From positions 2,304,001 to 2,368,000 of the forward strand of contig CBDBHB010000009.1 in assembly GCA_965205505.1 (NCBI GenBank): DNA of 64,000 bases, written 5' to 3'. The position numbers and the translations under genes are program-made. This DNA comes from Acidobacteriota bacterium (GTDB taxonomy: Bacteria > Acidobacteriota > UBA890 > WLXD01). Below the pieces are notes generated by a model that was not told the origin of the DNA, made no database searches, and saw nothing but the letters and a program-made list of their open reading frames with translations. Below, one piece after another: positions 41,341 through 50,072 of this stretch. Positions within the stretch are counted from its first letter, which is position 1. Each line of letters opens with the position of its first letter.

Positions 41341-42189
41341 ATGAGAAGTTATCTGGTATCCGTTGTCGCTGGCGCAATGGCGACCCTCGTCGCCAGCCTC
41401 ACTACAGTTGGCGCCGGCCAGCTTCCGCTCTCCCCGGCTCGGGAAAGCGGCTCGTCGGTGTCGCCGGTCTTCGAGGGCTGGTTTCAGAACCCGGACGGCA
41501 CGTTTACGCTGTCGTTTGGTTACTTCAACCGCAACGCGGAAGAAGTGCTCGACATCCCGATCGGCGCGAACAATTTCATTGAGCCCGGCGACATCAACCA
41601 GGGACAGCCGACGCACTTTCTCACCAGCCGACACTGGGGCGTGTTTACCGTGACCGTCCCGGCTGATTTTGGCGACCAGCAGGCCGTATGGACCCTGATA
41701 TCGGGCGGTGAAACCATTGCCATTCCGGGTCACCTGCACGTCGACTACGAGCTTGAGGTTCTGAAGGACGGTGCCTCCGGTAACGCACCGCCGAGCATCA
41801 CGTTCGATCCGGGCAGCCCTGCGGTCCAGGGGCCGACTGGCGTTACTATCGGCCCGCGCACGGTCGCCGTCGGCACACCGCTGACCCTGTCGGTGTCGGG
41901 ACGCGATGATCTGGTGCGTCGACCGACCGACATTCCGTTCGGCCCCGCGGATCGCCCGGCGATCACCATGACCTGGGTCAAGCATCAAGGGCCGGGGCAG
42001 GTCACGTTCAGCGAGCCGATGGTCGCGATCGACAGCGCCAGCGGGGACACAACGACCACCGCGACGTTCAGCGAGCCGGGAGACTACCTCCTGCGGGTAA
42101 CCGCGAACGATTACTCGGGGATCCGGCGCGCCGGGAACGCACAGTGTTGTTGGACGAACGGCTTTGTAAGAGTCCGAGTGACGGAATGA
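41341..42189 (+). CDS. secreted beta-rich (PKD/Ig-like) protein with C-terminal CCW motif
   Basis: Signal peptide; VSPVFEGWFQNPDGTFTLSFGYFNRN; ATFSEPGDYLLRV; QCCWTNG. Confidence 0.7.
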   Translation: MRSYLVSVVAGAMATLVASLTTVGAGQLPLSPARESGSSVSPVFEGWFQNPDGTFTLSFGYFNRNAEEVLDIPIGANNFIEPGDINQGQPTHFLTSRHWGVFTVTVPADFGDQQAVWTLISGGETIAIPGHLHVDYELEVLKDGASGNAPPSITFDPGSPAVQGPTGVTIGPRTVAVGTPLTLSVSGRDDLVRRPTDIPFGPADRPAITMTWVKHQGPGQVTFSEPMVAIDSASGDTTTTATFSEPGDYLLRVTANDYSGIRRAGNAQCCWTNGFVRVRVTE

Positions 42190-42234
42190 TCTCGGATGGA
42201 TCAGTCGCCGAGAACCCCTAAAGGGAGTGAGGTC

Positions 42235-43578
42235 ATGAGCGGGTTGCGTTTCACGGGTGGTGTGACGGCAGGCTGTTGCGTCTTCGCTCTGTTGCTGGTT
42301 GCGCCTGTGCTGGCGTCGGCGCAGACCGATGGCGAGGTCACCTTTGCCAAAGACGTGGCGCCGATCTTCCAGCAGAAGTGTCAGGTCTGCCATCAGCCCG
42401 ACTCCATCGGGCCGATGTCGTTGTTGACCTACGAGGAAGCGCGCCCATGGGCTCGGGAGATCAAGCAGAAGGTGCTCGCCCGGGTGATGCCGCCGTGGCA
42501 CATCGCCAAGAACGTTGGCATCAAGAGCTTCAAGAACGACCGCTCGCTGAGCGATGGGGAGATTGATCTGATCGCCCGATGGGTCGACACCGGCGCGCCG
42601 CTTGGCGACGTCAACGACCTGCCGCCTCCCGTCGAGTGGCCCGACCCGGAAGCCTGGCAGCTAGCGGAACGATTCGGCGAGCCAGATCTGATCGTGCGGT
42701 CGGCTCCGCACACGATGCCGGCCCGCGGGCAAGACAGGTGGTGGCGGCCGGTAGTCGACACCGGGCTGACAGAGCCTCGGTGGGTGCGGGCGATCGAGAT
42801 CAAACCGTCGTTCCCCGGTGGCCGCAAGATCGTCCATCACGTGTTGGCCAGTCTCGTTCAGGAGGAGGACGAAGTCACCCGTCTGGCGACTAGTTTCGAG
42901 GGGGCAACGCCGGGGGCCGGCCTCTTCATGGAGTGGGCAATCGGAAAAGTCGGCGAGATCTTCCCGGACGACGCCGGTAAGTTGATGCTCCCGGGCTCGA
43001 AGATCCGCTGGGAAGTCCACTATCACGCCATCGGCCGGGAGCTCAAAGACGACGTCGTCGAGATGGGGCTCTACTTCTATCCGAAGGGTCAAGAGCCAAG
43101 GTACCGCTCGATCCTGACCGGATTCAGCGGTCGGGAAGGGGAGATGGACATCCGCCCGAATCAGATCACCACGACCGTCGGTTTCACGGTGCTGAGAGCG
43201 CCGGCTCGACTCGAGAACTTCCAGCCCCACATGCACATGCGGGGCAAGGCGATGTCGATGGAGGCAATCTACCCGGACGGTCGCATCGAGCAGTTGAGCA
43301 CGGTCGACAACTTCCAGTGGAACTGGCATGTCAACTACGTTTACGCCGATGACGTCGCACCGGTGCTGCCGAGGGGCACGATCATCAAGATAACGACGTG
43401 GCACGACAACACCGCGGCCAACCCGGCCAACCCCGATCCGGCTCAGTGGGTGGGCTATGGCGAGCGAACGGTTGACGAGATGGGGTTTGCCTGGGTGGAT
43501 GTCACCTACCTAGAAGACGACGACTACGAGAAACTAGCTGCCGAACGACACGCGAGACAGGAGGGCAACGACCAGTAG
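42235..43578 (+). CDS. secreted c-type heme protein with a copper type II monooxygenase-like domain
   Basis: VTFAKDVAPIFQQKCQVCH (CxxCH), MPPW, IVHH, VHYH, PHMH, DEM. Confidence 0.75.
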   Translation: MSGLRFTGGVTAGCCVFALLLVAPVLASAQTDGEVTFAKDVAPIFQQKCQVCHQPDSIGPMSLLTYEEARPWAREIKQKVLARVMPPWHIAKNVGIKSFKNDRSLSDGEIDLIARWVDTGAPLGDVNDLPPPVEWPDPEAWQLAERFGEPDLIVRSAPHTMPARGQDRWWRPVVDTGLTEPRWVRAIEIKPSFPGGRKIVHHVLASLVQEEDEVTRLATSFEGATPGAGLFMEWAIGKVGEIFPDDAGKLMLPGSKIRWEVHYHAIGRELKDDVVEMGLYFYPKGQEPRYRSILTGFSGREGEMDIRPNQITTTVGFTVLRAPARLENFQPHMHMRGKAMSMEAIYPDGRIEQLSTVDNFQWNWHVNYVYADDVAPVLPRGTIIKITTWHDNTAANPANPDPAQWVGYGERTVDEMGFAWVDVTYLEDDDYEKLAAERHARQEGNDQ

Positions 43579-43646
43579 AAAAGACCATCGAACGACGACA
43601 GACGGACACCCCTTGAGGGGAGGGCAGCGGAGTCTTTCCGGGGCTG

Positions 43647-45017
43647 TCACGGGCGCCCGACGACGAGGATCTTCAAATCGTTCACATTGGTGCCGGTAGT
43701 CCCTGTCAACACCGCGGCCGACAGCCGCCGCAAGGCGGTGCCCGCGTCGTGGGCACGAAGATACCCAGGGAGATCGAGCCCCATCCGGCGAGCCTCGCCG
43801 GCCACCGAACCATCGACCAGCCCACCGGCGAGATCCGTCGGCCCGTCCGTTCCGTCGGTGTCGATGCCCAAGACGACCACATTGCTCAAGCCGCCGATCC
43901 CGATGGCAGCGCTCAGCGCGAATTCCTGGTTGGGCCCGCCTTCACCTGCCGGGCCGTCGATCCGGACTGTGGTCTCGCCGCCGCCGATGACAACGCATGG
44001 TGGGCGCACAGGCCGACCGTTGTGGCAGACTTCCTTGGCGATTCCGGCGAACCTGTTTCCGAGTTCAGCACTCTCGCCCTCGAGCATGGTCGATAGGATG
44101 ATCGTCTCGTAACCCAGGGTCTCGGCACGCTGGGCCGCGCCAACACAGGCGCGGTCGCCCGGCACCACCACCAGACTCTGCGTCGGTCGATCCGCGAAAT
44201 CCTCTGGCTTTGGTGTTTCCTGATCCACGCAGGCGCTGCGAAGGTAGGCCGCTACCGAGGCCGGTACCCGTGACCAAAGCCCGTAGTTGTTCAGCATTGC
44301 CCTCGCGTCTTCCAACGTCGACGTGTCCGGTACGGTGGGATCGGTGATGCAGTCGAGAGCGTCTCCAATAACGTCGGAGACCGTGAGGTTGATTAGCGGT
44401 ACTTGCGCCGGCATGCGCAGCGCCAGACGACCTCCCTTTACGCGGCTGATGTGCTTTCGAACCGCGTTTATCTCGGTAATCTTGGCACCGCAGGTCAACA
44501 GGGCATGGGTCGTTTCCTGCTTGTCTTGCAGGGAAATCCCGCCCACCGGATCGACGAACAGCGACGAGCTTCCACCGGTGAAGCAAGCGATGACGAGGTC
44601 TTGGGGTTTGACGCGGTTGAGCAGAGCTTTGGTCTGTAGCGCCCCGAGCCGCGAAGCCTCGTCGGGCACCGGGTGGGCAGCGAAATGCTGTGGGATATGT
44701 TGCAGCCGTGCGTCCGCGCCGTGCTTGCCGACTATCAGACCGCCGCTGATTCTGTTCTCTAGCAGCTCTTCCAGGGCGCGGGCGATCGGGAAGCTGGCCT
44801 TTCCAGCCCCCACAACGAAGATTCGCCGGTCGGACGCGATTTCGTAGCTCCGGTCGGCCACGGCCAGGTTGCGGCCGTCGAATGAGATCAGGGCCTTGGT
44901 AGCTTCGTACGGGTCCGCGGCTGCCAGGCCGTGACTAGCGATATCTAGTGCGACTCGCCGCAAATCGGCGATACCGTGGCCTATCAGCTCTTCGGCGTTG
45001 CGAAAACCCGACCACAC
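43647..45017 (-). CDS. glycerate 2-kinase family (MOFRL/TtuD)
   Basis: VGAGKAS, HPVPD, GGSSSL, INAVRKHISRVKGG, SDVIGD, GGETTV, GGPNQE, TDGTDGPT, TGTNVND; start set to GTG 45017 behind GGGAAGG. Confidence 0.9.
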   Translation of the reverse strand: MWSGFRNAEELIGHGIADLRRVALDIASHGLAAADPYEATKALISFDGRNLAVADRSYEIASDRRIFVVGAGKASFPIARALEELLENRISGGLIVGKHGADARLQHIPQHFAAHPVPDEASRLGALQTKALLNRVKPQDLVIACFTGGSSSLFVDPVGGISLQDKQETTHALLTCGAKITEINAVRKHISRVKGGRLALRMPAQVPLINLTVSDVIGDALDCITDPTVPDTSTLEDARAMLNNYGLWSRVPASVAAYLRSACVDQETPKPEDFADRPTQSLVVVPGDRACVGAAQRAETLGYETIILSTMLEGESAELGNRFAGIAKEVCHNGRPVRPPCVVIGGGETTVRIDGPAGEGGPNQEFALSAAIGIGGLSNVVVLGIDTDGTDGPTDLAGGLVDGSVAGEARRMGLDLPGYLRAHDAGTALRRLSAAVLTGTTGTNVNDLKILVVGRP

Positions 45018-45049
45018 GAACAGCCTTCCCCGGGCGACCGAGCCGCTGC

Positions 45050-46342
45050 CTATACCGGACGCCGGAAATCGTGTCCGGCGTAGCGGGCGACCGCGCCCAG
45101 CTCCTCCTCGATCTGTAGCAACCGATTGTGTTTGGCGGTGCGCTCGCCGCGGATTGGCATGCCGGTCTTGATCTGGCCGCTGTCGAGGCCCACCACCAGG
45201 TCGGCGATGATCGGGTCCTCGGTCTCGCCGGAACGCTCGGAGACCTGGACGCCGTAGCCGCTGCGGTAGGCGAACTCCGCCGCGTCCCAAGCCTCGCTCA
45301 GGGAACCGATCTGGTTCACCTTGAACAGCATAGCGTTGGCGGCGTTCACAGCAACCCCCTGTTTCAGGCGCTCGACGTTGGTGACGAAGAGATCGTTACC
45401 AACGATCTGGGTCTCTGGCAGTTCCCTGGTCAACTTGGCGAAGCCCTCCATGTCGTCCTCGTCGAGCGGGTCCTCTATCGAACCCAACGGATACTTCGCG
45501 GCCACCTGCTTATAGAGCTCGATCAAGGCCTCCCGATCGTACTTCTGGTCGCTCAACTCGTAGAGCCCGGCCGCTTTGTCGAACCAGTGGCTGGCCGCGC
45601 AATCGAGACCGTAGATGATCTCCTCGCCGAAGCCCACTTTGTAACCCGCATTCTCGCAGGCACGCTGCATGAACTCGAGGGGCTCCCAAATGCCGTGCAT
45701 CGGGGTCGCAAAGCCCCCTTCATCGCCAGTATTGGTTGCCAAGATCCCGTACTTCCCGATGACCACATCGCGCAGAGCCTCGTTGATCTCGGTGGTGATC
45801 TGCAAGGCATGACGGTAAGTCTCTGCTCCAACCGGGATGATGATGAACTCTTGAATCTCCAGCTCGTTCGCGGTCAGCTTTCCGCCGTTGAGGCAGTTCA
45901 TGAACGGCACCGGCAGAACGCGCGCTGTCGGACGCAGGTAGCGGTAGAGGGGAACGCCGCAGACACTTGCCGGCGCACGCGCCACCGCCAGCGACACGCC
46001 GACGATCGAATTGGCCCCTAACCGGCTCTTGTCGGGCGTTCCGTCGAGCCCGCACATAGCGACATCGATCTTCCGTTGATCGGTGACGTCCATACCGCGC
46101 ACGAGCTCTGCGATCTCGCCGTTCACGTTGGCCACCGCCTTCAGCACGCCCTGTCCGGAATACCGGTCAGGTTCGCCGTCCAACAGCACGTGAGCCTCGT
46201 GAGTGCCGGTCGAACGCCCCTGCGGCACGTCGGCGCGCCCAGCGAGCTTTCCGTCTACCCAGAGGTCGGCTTGGACGGTGGGCCAACCGCGGCAGTCGAT
46301 GATTTCGCGAGCCTTCACATCAGTGATTTCGAACCTGCCCAC
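45050..46342 (-). CDS. enolase paralog with non-canonical active-site motifs
   Basis: Full-length enolase pattern (GDEGGF, SIEDP, KVNQIG, RSGETED, QIKTG) but with PQGRSTG, NGGKL, GNDL and SERSG. Confidence 0.9.
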   Translation of the reverse strand: MGRFEITDVKAREIIDCRGWPTVQADLWVDGKLAGRADVPQGRSTGTHEAHVLLDGEPDRYSGQGVLKAVANVNGEIAELVRGMDVTDQRKIDVAMCGLDGTPDKSRLGANSIVGVSLAVARAPASVCGVPLYRYLRPTARVLPVPFMNCLNGGKLTANELEIQEFIIIPVGAETYRHALQITTEINEALRDVVIGKYGILATNTGDEGGFATPMHGIWEPLEFMQRACENAGYKVGFGEEIIYGLDCAASHWFDKAAGLYELSDQKYDREALIELYKQVAAKYPLGSIEDPLDEDDMEGFAKLTRELPETQIVGNDLFVTNVERLKQGVAVNAANAMLFKVNQIGSLSEAWDAAEFAYRSGYGVQVSERSGETEDPIIADLVVGLDSGQIKTGMPIRGERTAKHNRLLQIEEELGAVARYAGHDFRRPV

Positions 46343-46497
46343 ACATCCTCCGATGGTCTTGAAACATCATGAATGTACCTTGATCCACTGGCGCAGCGGA
46401 TACCACTATGATCTTCGGCGTTGATGGAAACCTGCCACCATTCGACGGGCCGATGGGCCCAGGCCAACACCACGAGGGGCGGATAGCCGAGACTCAA

Positions 46498-47988
46498 ATG
46501 GACGACTCACCCCAGCCCACAGCGGCAAGGGAGGCCACGACGCTCGAAACCGAGTTCAAGCGGGGACTCGGTCTCTTCGATTCCACGATGATCGTCGTCG
46601 GCTCGATGATCGGCTCGGGCATCTTCCTCGTATCTCCCGACATGGCCCGGCTGCTGGGAAGTCCTGGGTGGCTCTTGGTCGCGTGGGCCATCGCTGGCGT
46701 CCTGACGGTCGCGGCGGCCCTATCTTACGGAGAGCTTGCCGCCATGATGCCGCGTGCGGGTGGTCAGTATGTCTACATCCGCGAGGCGTTCTCGCCGCTG
46801 CTGGCTTTCCTGTACGGGTGGACGCTCTTCCTGGTCATCCAGACTGGCCTTATCGCGGCGGTCGGGGTCGCGTTCGCTCGCTATTCCCAATGGCTCTGGC
46901 CCTGGATCTCCGAGGAACGCTACATCATCCCGCCACTCCACCTGTCCACACGATACGCGGTCTCTTTGTCGACGGCCCAGTTGGTTGGCATAGGCATGAT
47001 CGCCTTCATCACATGGACCAATACGCGCGGGCTCAAGTACGGCAAACTCGTCCAGAACTCGTTCACCATCACCAAGACAGTTGCGCTGCTGGCGCTCATC
47101 GTCGTTGGTCTGACGCTCGGGTGGAGGGCTGGGGGCGGCGGGGTGAACTTCACAGACCTCTGGACGCCGCGTGGAGAGGTCTCCATCGTCCCCGGCTTGA
47201 CGGCGGCCACGACCTACGGTCTGTTCATCGCGGTCTGCGTGGCGCAGGTCGGATCACTGTTCGCGGCGGATGCCTGGAACAACATCACTTTCACCGCCGG
47301 CGAAGTGAGGAACCCACGCCGCAACCTCCCCTTGTCGTTGGCCCTCGGCACCACCATCGTGATCGCCCTGTACATCCTGACGAACGTTGCCTACCTGGCG
47401 ACGCTCCCCATCGAGCAGATTCAGACCGCACCCTCGGACCGAGTGGCTACGGCGACCATCGAAGCGATTTTCCCCGGTCTAGGCGTCGTTTTGATGTCGA
47501 TTGGCATCATGATCTCGACGTTTGGATGCAACAACGGGCACATACTGTCGGGGGCGCGAGCCTACTACGCCATGGCTCGCGATGGCCTGTTCTTCGCGGT
47601 GGCGGGGCGCCTCAACAAGGAGAAGGTGCCCGCGGCAGCCCTCGTGTTGCAGGGACTCTGGGCAGCCACGCTCATCCTGCCGAGAACTTTCGACCCAAAC
47701 ACCGGCACGTACGGCAACCTCTACAGCAACCTGCTCGACTACATCGTCTCGGCCTCCCTGCTCTTCTACATCTTGACCATTGCTGGCCTATTTCGTCTCC
47801 GCCGTACCCGTCCCGACGCGGAGCGGCCGTACCGCGCTTTCGGCTACCCGATCGTTCCGATCATCTACATGGCGGGCGCCGCCACCCTTGTAGTCGTTCT
47901 TTTCACCTACCGGACCTCCACGACGTGGCCGGGCCTGATCATCGTGCTCCTCGGCGTCCCGGTCTACTTCGTGTGGCGGCGCCAATAG
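46498..47988 (+). CDS. APC-family amino acid permease
   Basis: GSMIGSGIF, YGELAAMMPRAGGQYVY, AGEVRNPRRNLP, MARDGLFF, RPYRAFGYP. Confidence 0.92.
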   Translation: MDDSPQPTAAREATTLETEFKRGLGLFDSTMIVVGSMIGSGIFLVSPDMARLLGSPGWLLVAWAIAGVLTVAAALSYGELAAMMPRAGGQYVYIREAFSPLLAFLYGWTLFLVIQTGLIAAVGVAFARYSQWLWPWISEERYIIPPLHLSTRYAVSLSTAQLVGIGMIAFITWTNTRGLKYGKLVQNSFTITKTVALLALIVVGLTLGWRAGGGGVNFTDLWTPRGEVSIVPGLTAATTYGLFIAVCVAQVGSLFAADAWNNITFTAGEVRNPRRNLPLSLALGTTIVIALYILTNVAYLATLPIEQIQTAPSDRVATATIEAIFPGLGVVLMSIGIMISTFGCNNGHILSGARAYYAMARDGLFFAVAGRLNKEKVPAAALVLQGLWAATLILPRTFDPNTGTYGNLYSNLLDYIVSASLLFYILTIAGLFRLRRTRPDAERPYRAFGYPIVPIIYMAGAATLVVVLFTYRTSTTWPGLIIVLLGVPVYFVWRRQ

Positions 47989-47989
47989 T

Positions 47990-48953
47990 TCAGCTGATCG
48001 CCTCGGCGCTGAGTGCGCCGCCCGCCGAGCAAGAGGCGCCGCCGAGCACGCAGAACTTGGCGCAGTGAGGGTGGTTCAGCTTCACGCCGCCGAGCGCATC
48101 GGCCAGGCGGTTGCCGAGCTCGAACTGCGGGTCATAGGGCAGCAACGTACAGGCTACGACGGTGGGCGAGGGCGCATCCTTGCGCTTGACCACCATGCGG
48201 CTGCTAGCGCACATCACGTCGCCGGGGTCGATGCCGAGGATGCCCCAACAATCGACCGTGATTTCGGGGACGTCGACGTTTGCGTCCATCTCGGGAAACA
48301 GGACCAGGGCGCCCGGATCATCGGCGTCGATGTTGACGGCCAGCTCGTGGAACAACTGACGGTAGCCTTCTCGTGCATCCTGTTCGCGTTCCTCCCAGCA
48401 GGTCCGTCCGGCAACGCTGATCGCGAATCCCGAGCTGGCCAGCCAGCGCAGACCCTCCAACGTTGGGGTCCACGAGCCGGCGCCGTGCTCGGTGTTGTGG
48501 AGGCGCTCAGTGTAGTGGTCGAGGCTGACCCGCAGGCGTAGCGACCCCCCGAAACGCTCGAGCAGCGCCAGCAGCGGCTCGCATACAGTCGGTCGCATCA
48601 GCGGCCGCATGGCATTGGTCAACACCTGCACCTGGAAGCCGCGCGACAGGGCGTCGTCGAGCATCTGCAGGAGCTTCCGAATTCATGAACGGCTCGCCCC
48701 CGGTGAAGCCGATCTCCGACGTGCCGAGACTCAGCGACTCGATCTCGTCGAGGTAGGAGCGCACCTCCGCCGCGGTCAGGTACGCGAGTCGGTCATTGAG
48801 CGGGCTCGACTCGATGTAGCAGTTGCGGCACTCGATGTTGCAGAGCGTGCCGGTGTTGAACCACAGGGTATCGAGCTTGCCCAGGCGTACCGAGGCGCGC
48901 CGCTCTCCATTGGCGGTGACGTCGGGATCCTGGAACTTGCTAGTCGCTAACAC
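47990..48953 (-). pseudogene. radical SAM protein; frameshift near 48675
   Basis: TLWFNTGTLCNIECRNCYIESSP (CxxxCxxC), FTGGEPF; second frame carries VLTNAM, MCASSRMVVK, HPHCAKFCVLGGASCS. Confidence 0.85.
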
Positions 48954-48969
48954 GGGTGCCGGTGCGCCA

Positions 48970-49905
48970 TCAACAACAGCTCTCCGGGTCGCAACAGGCC
49001 TCTGCTTCCGTAGTGACGTCGTAGCCTTGACCCTTCGTCTCGCGCGGGTTGCGCCGCGCGCCTTCCTTGCCACGGAAGGCCTCGACGGTCAGCGAGCGGA
49101 ACTCGATGCCGTCGACGGTTCGCCACGGCTCGGCCTGGCGCTCGAGCACGCGGATGCCGTAGAAACCGGCTTGCTCGAAAGCCTCCAGGAACCCACGCTC
49201 GGTAAAGGCGCCTGAGATGCATCCGCTCCACAGCTCGGAATCCCCCTGCATCTCCGGTGTCACCGGCTCGTCTGACACGATATCGGAGATCACCGCGCGA
49301 CCGCCCCGACGTAGCACGCGATGGATCCCGGAGAAGAGCAGTTCACGGGCCGCCGTGTCCACCAGGTTCAGCACGCAATTGGATAGCACCACGTCGATCG
49401 ACTCGGCTTCCACGAGCGGTTGCAGCCGGCGTAGCTCGTCGGCGCGCGCCTGGGAGGCGAGCATCTCCTCGTGGCTGCCGGCCGGACGAATGGCGAGCTC
49501 CTGGTCCAGCAGATCGAGATCGAGCGCTAAGTCCTGGATGCGCCCACGACGGAACTCGACGTTGGCGTAGCCGATGCGCTCGGCGACCACCGGTGCGTTG
49601 CGACGCGCCACCTCCAACATATCGGTGGTCATGTCGACGCCGATCACCTGGCCGGCGGGGCCAACTACCTGAGCGGCTATGAAGCAGATCTTGCCGGTAC
49701 CACTGCCGAGGTCCAGGACCGTCTCACCGGGACGCAGGTGCCGCGAAGGATCGCCACAGCCATAGTCCCGCTCGAGCACCTCGCTTGGTATTACCTCCAG
49801 GTACGACGGGTCGTACTCGGTGGGACAGCACAGATCGGCCACGCGCGCTTGGGCGCCCTCGGCGTAGCGCTCGCGAACGACCTTCTCTACGTTCATGGCA
49901 TCCAT
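48970..49905 (-). CDS. arsenite-methyltransferase-like SAM-dependent methyltransferase
   Basis: LCCP, DYGCGDP, VLDLGSGTG, SNCVLNL, ISDIV, WSGCISGA, C-terminal CC..CC. Confidence 0.85.
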   Translation of the reverse strand: MDAMNVEKVVRERYAEGAQARVADLCCPTEYDPSYLEVIPSEVLERDYGCGDPSRHLRPGETVLDLGSGTGKICFIAAQVVGPAGQVIGVDMTTDMLEVARRNAPVVAERIGYANVEFRRGRIQDLALDLDLLDQELAIRPAGSHEEMLASQARADELRRLQPLVEAESIDVVLSNCVLNLVDTAARELLFSGIHRVLRRGGRAVISDIVSDEPVTPEMQGDSELWSGCISGAFTERGFLEAFEQAGFYGIRVLERQAEPWRTVDGIEFRSLTVEAFRGKEGARRNPRETKGQGYDVTTEAEACCDPESCC

Positions 49906-50072
49906 GTGATGTCGAATCCTCGAGCTGTGGCGCTGCAGGCGACGAGACCGCGCAACGATGCGTCCACAACGAGTATCAGCCGGCCGGTGACCAATTGGGA
50001 GTCCCTGCTGTGATGCTCGTGAGATGGCTTACGCAGGTCAGCATGTCTCCCACACACCGTCCTGACCGAACA

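Noticed and set aside
45018-45290. N-terminal extension of the glycerate kinase overlapping the enolase
   Set aside because: A better GTG start with RBS lies at 45017; the extension is out-of-frame enolase sequence
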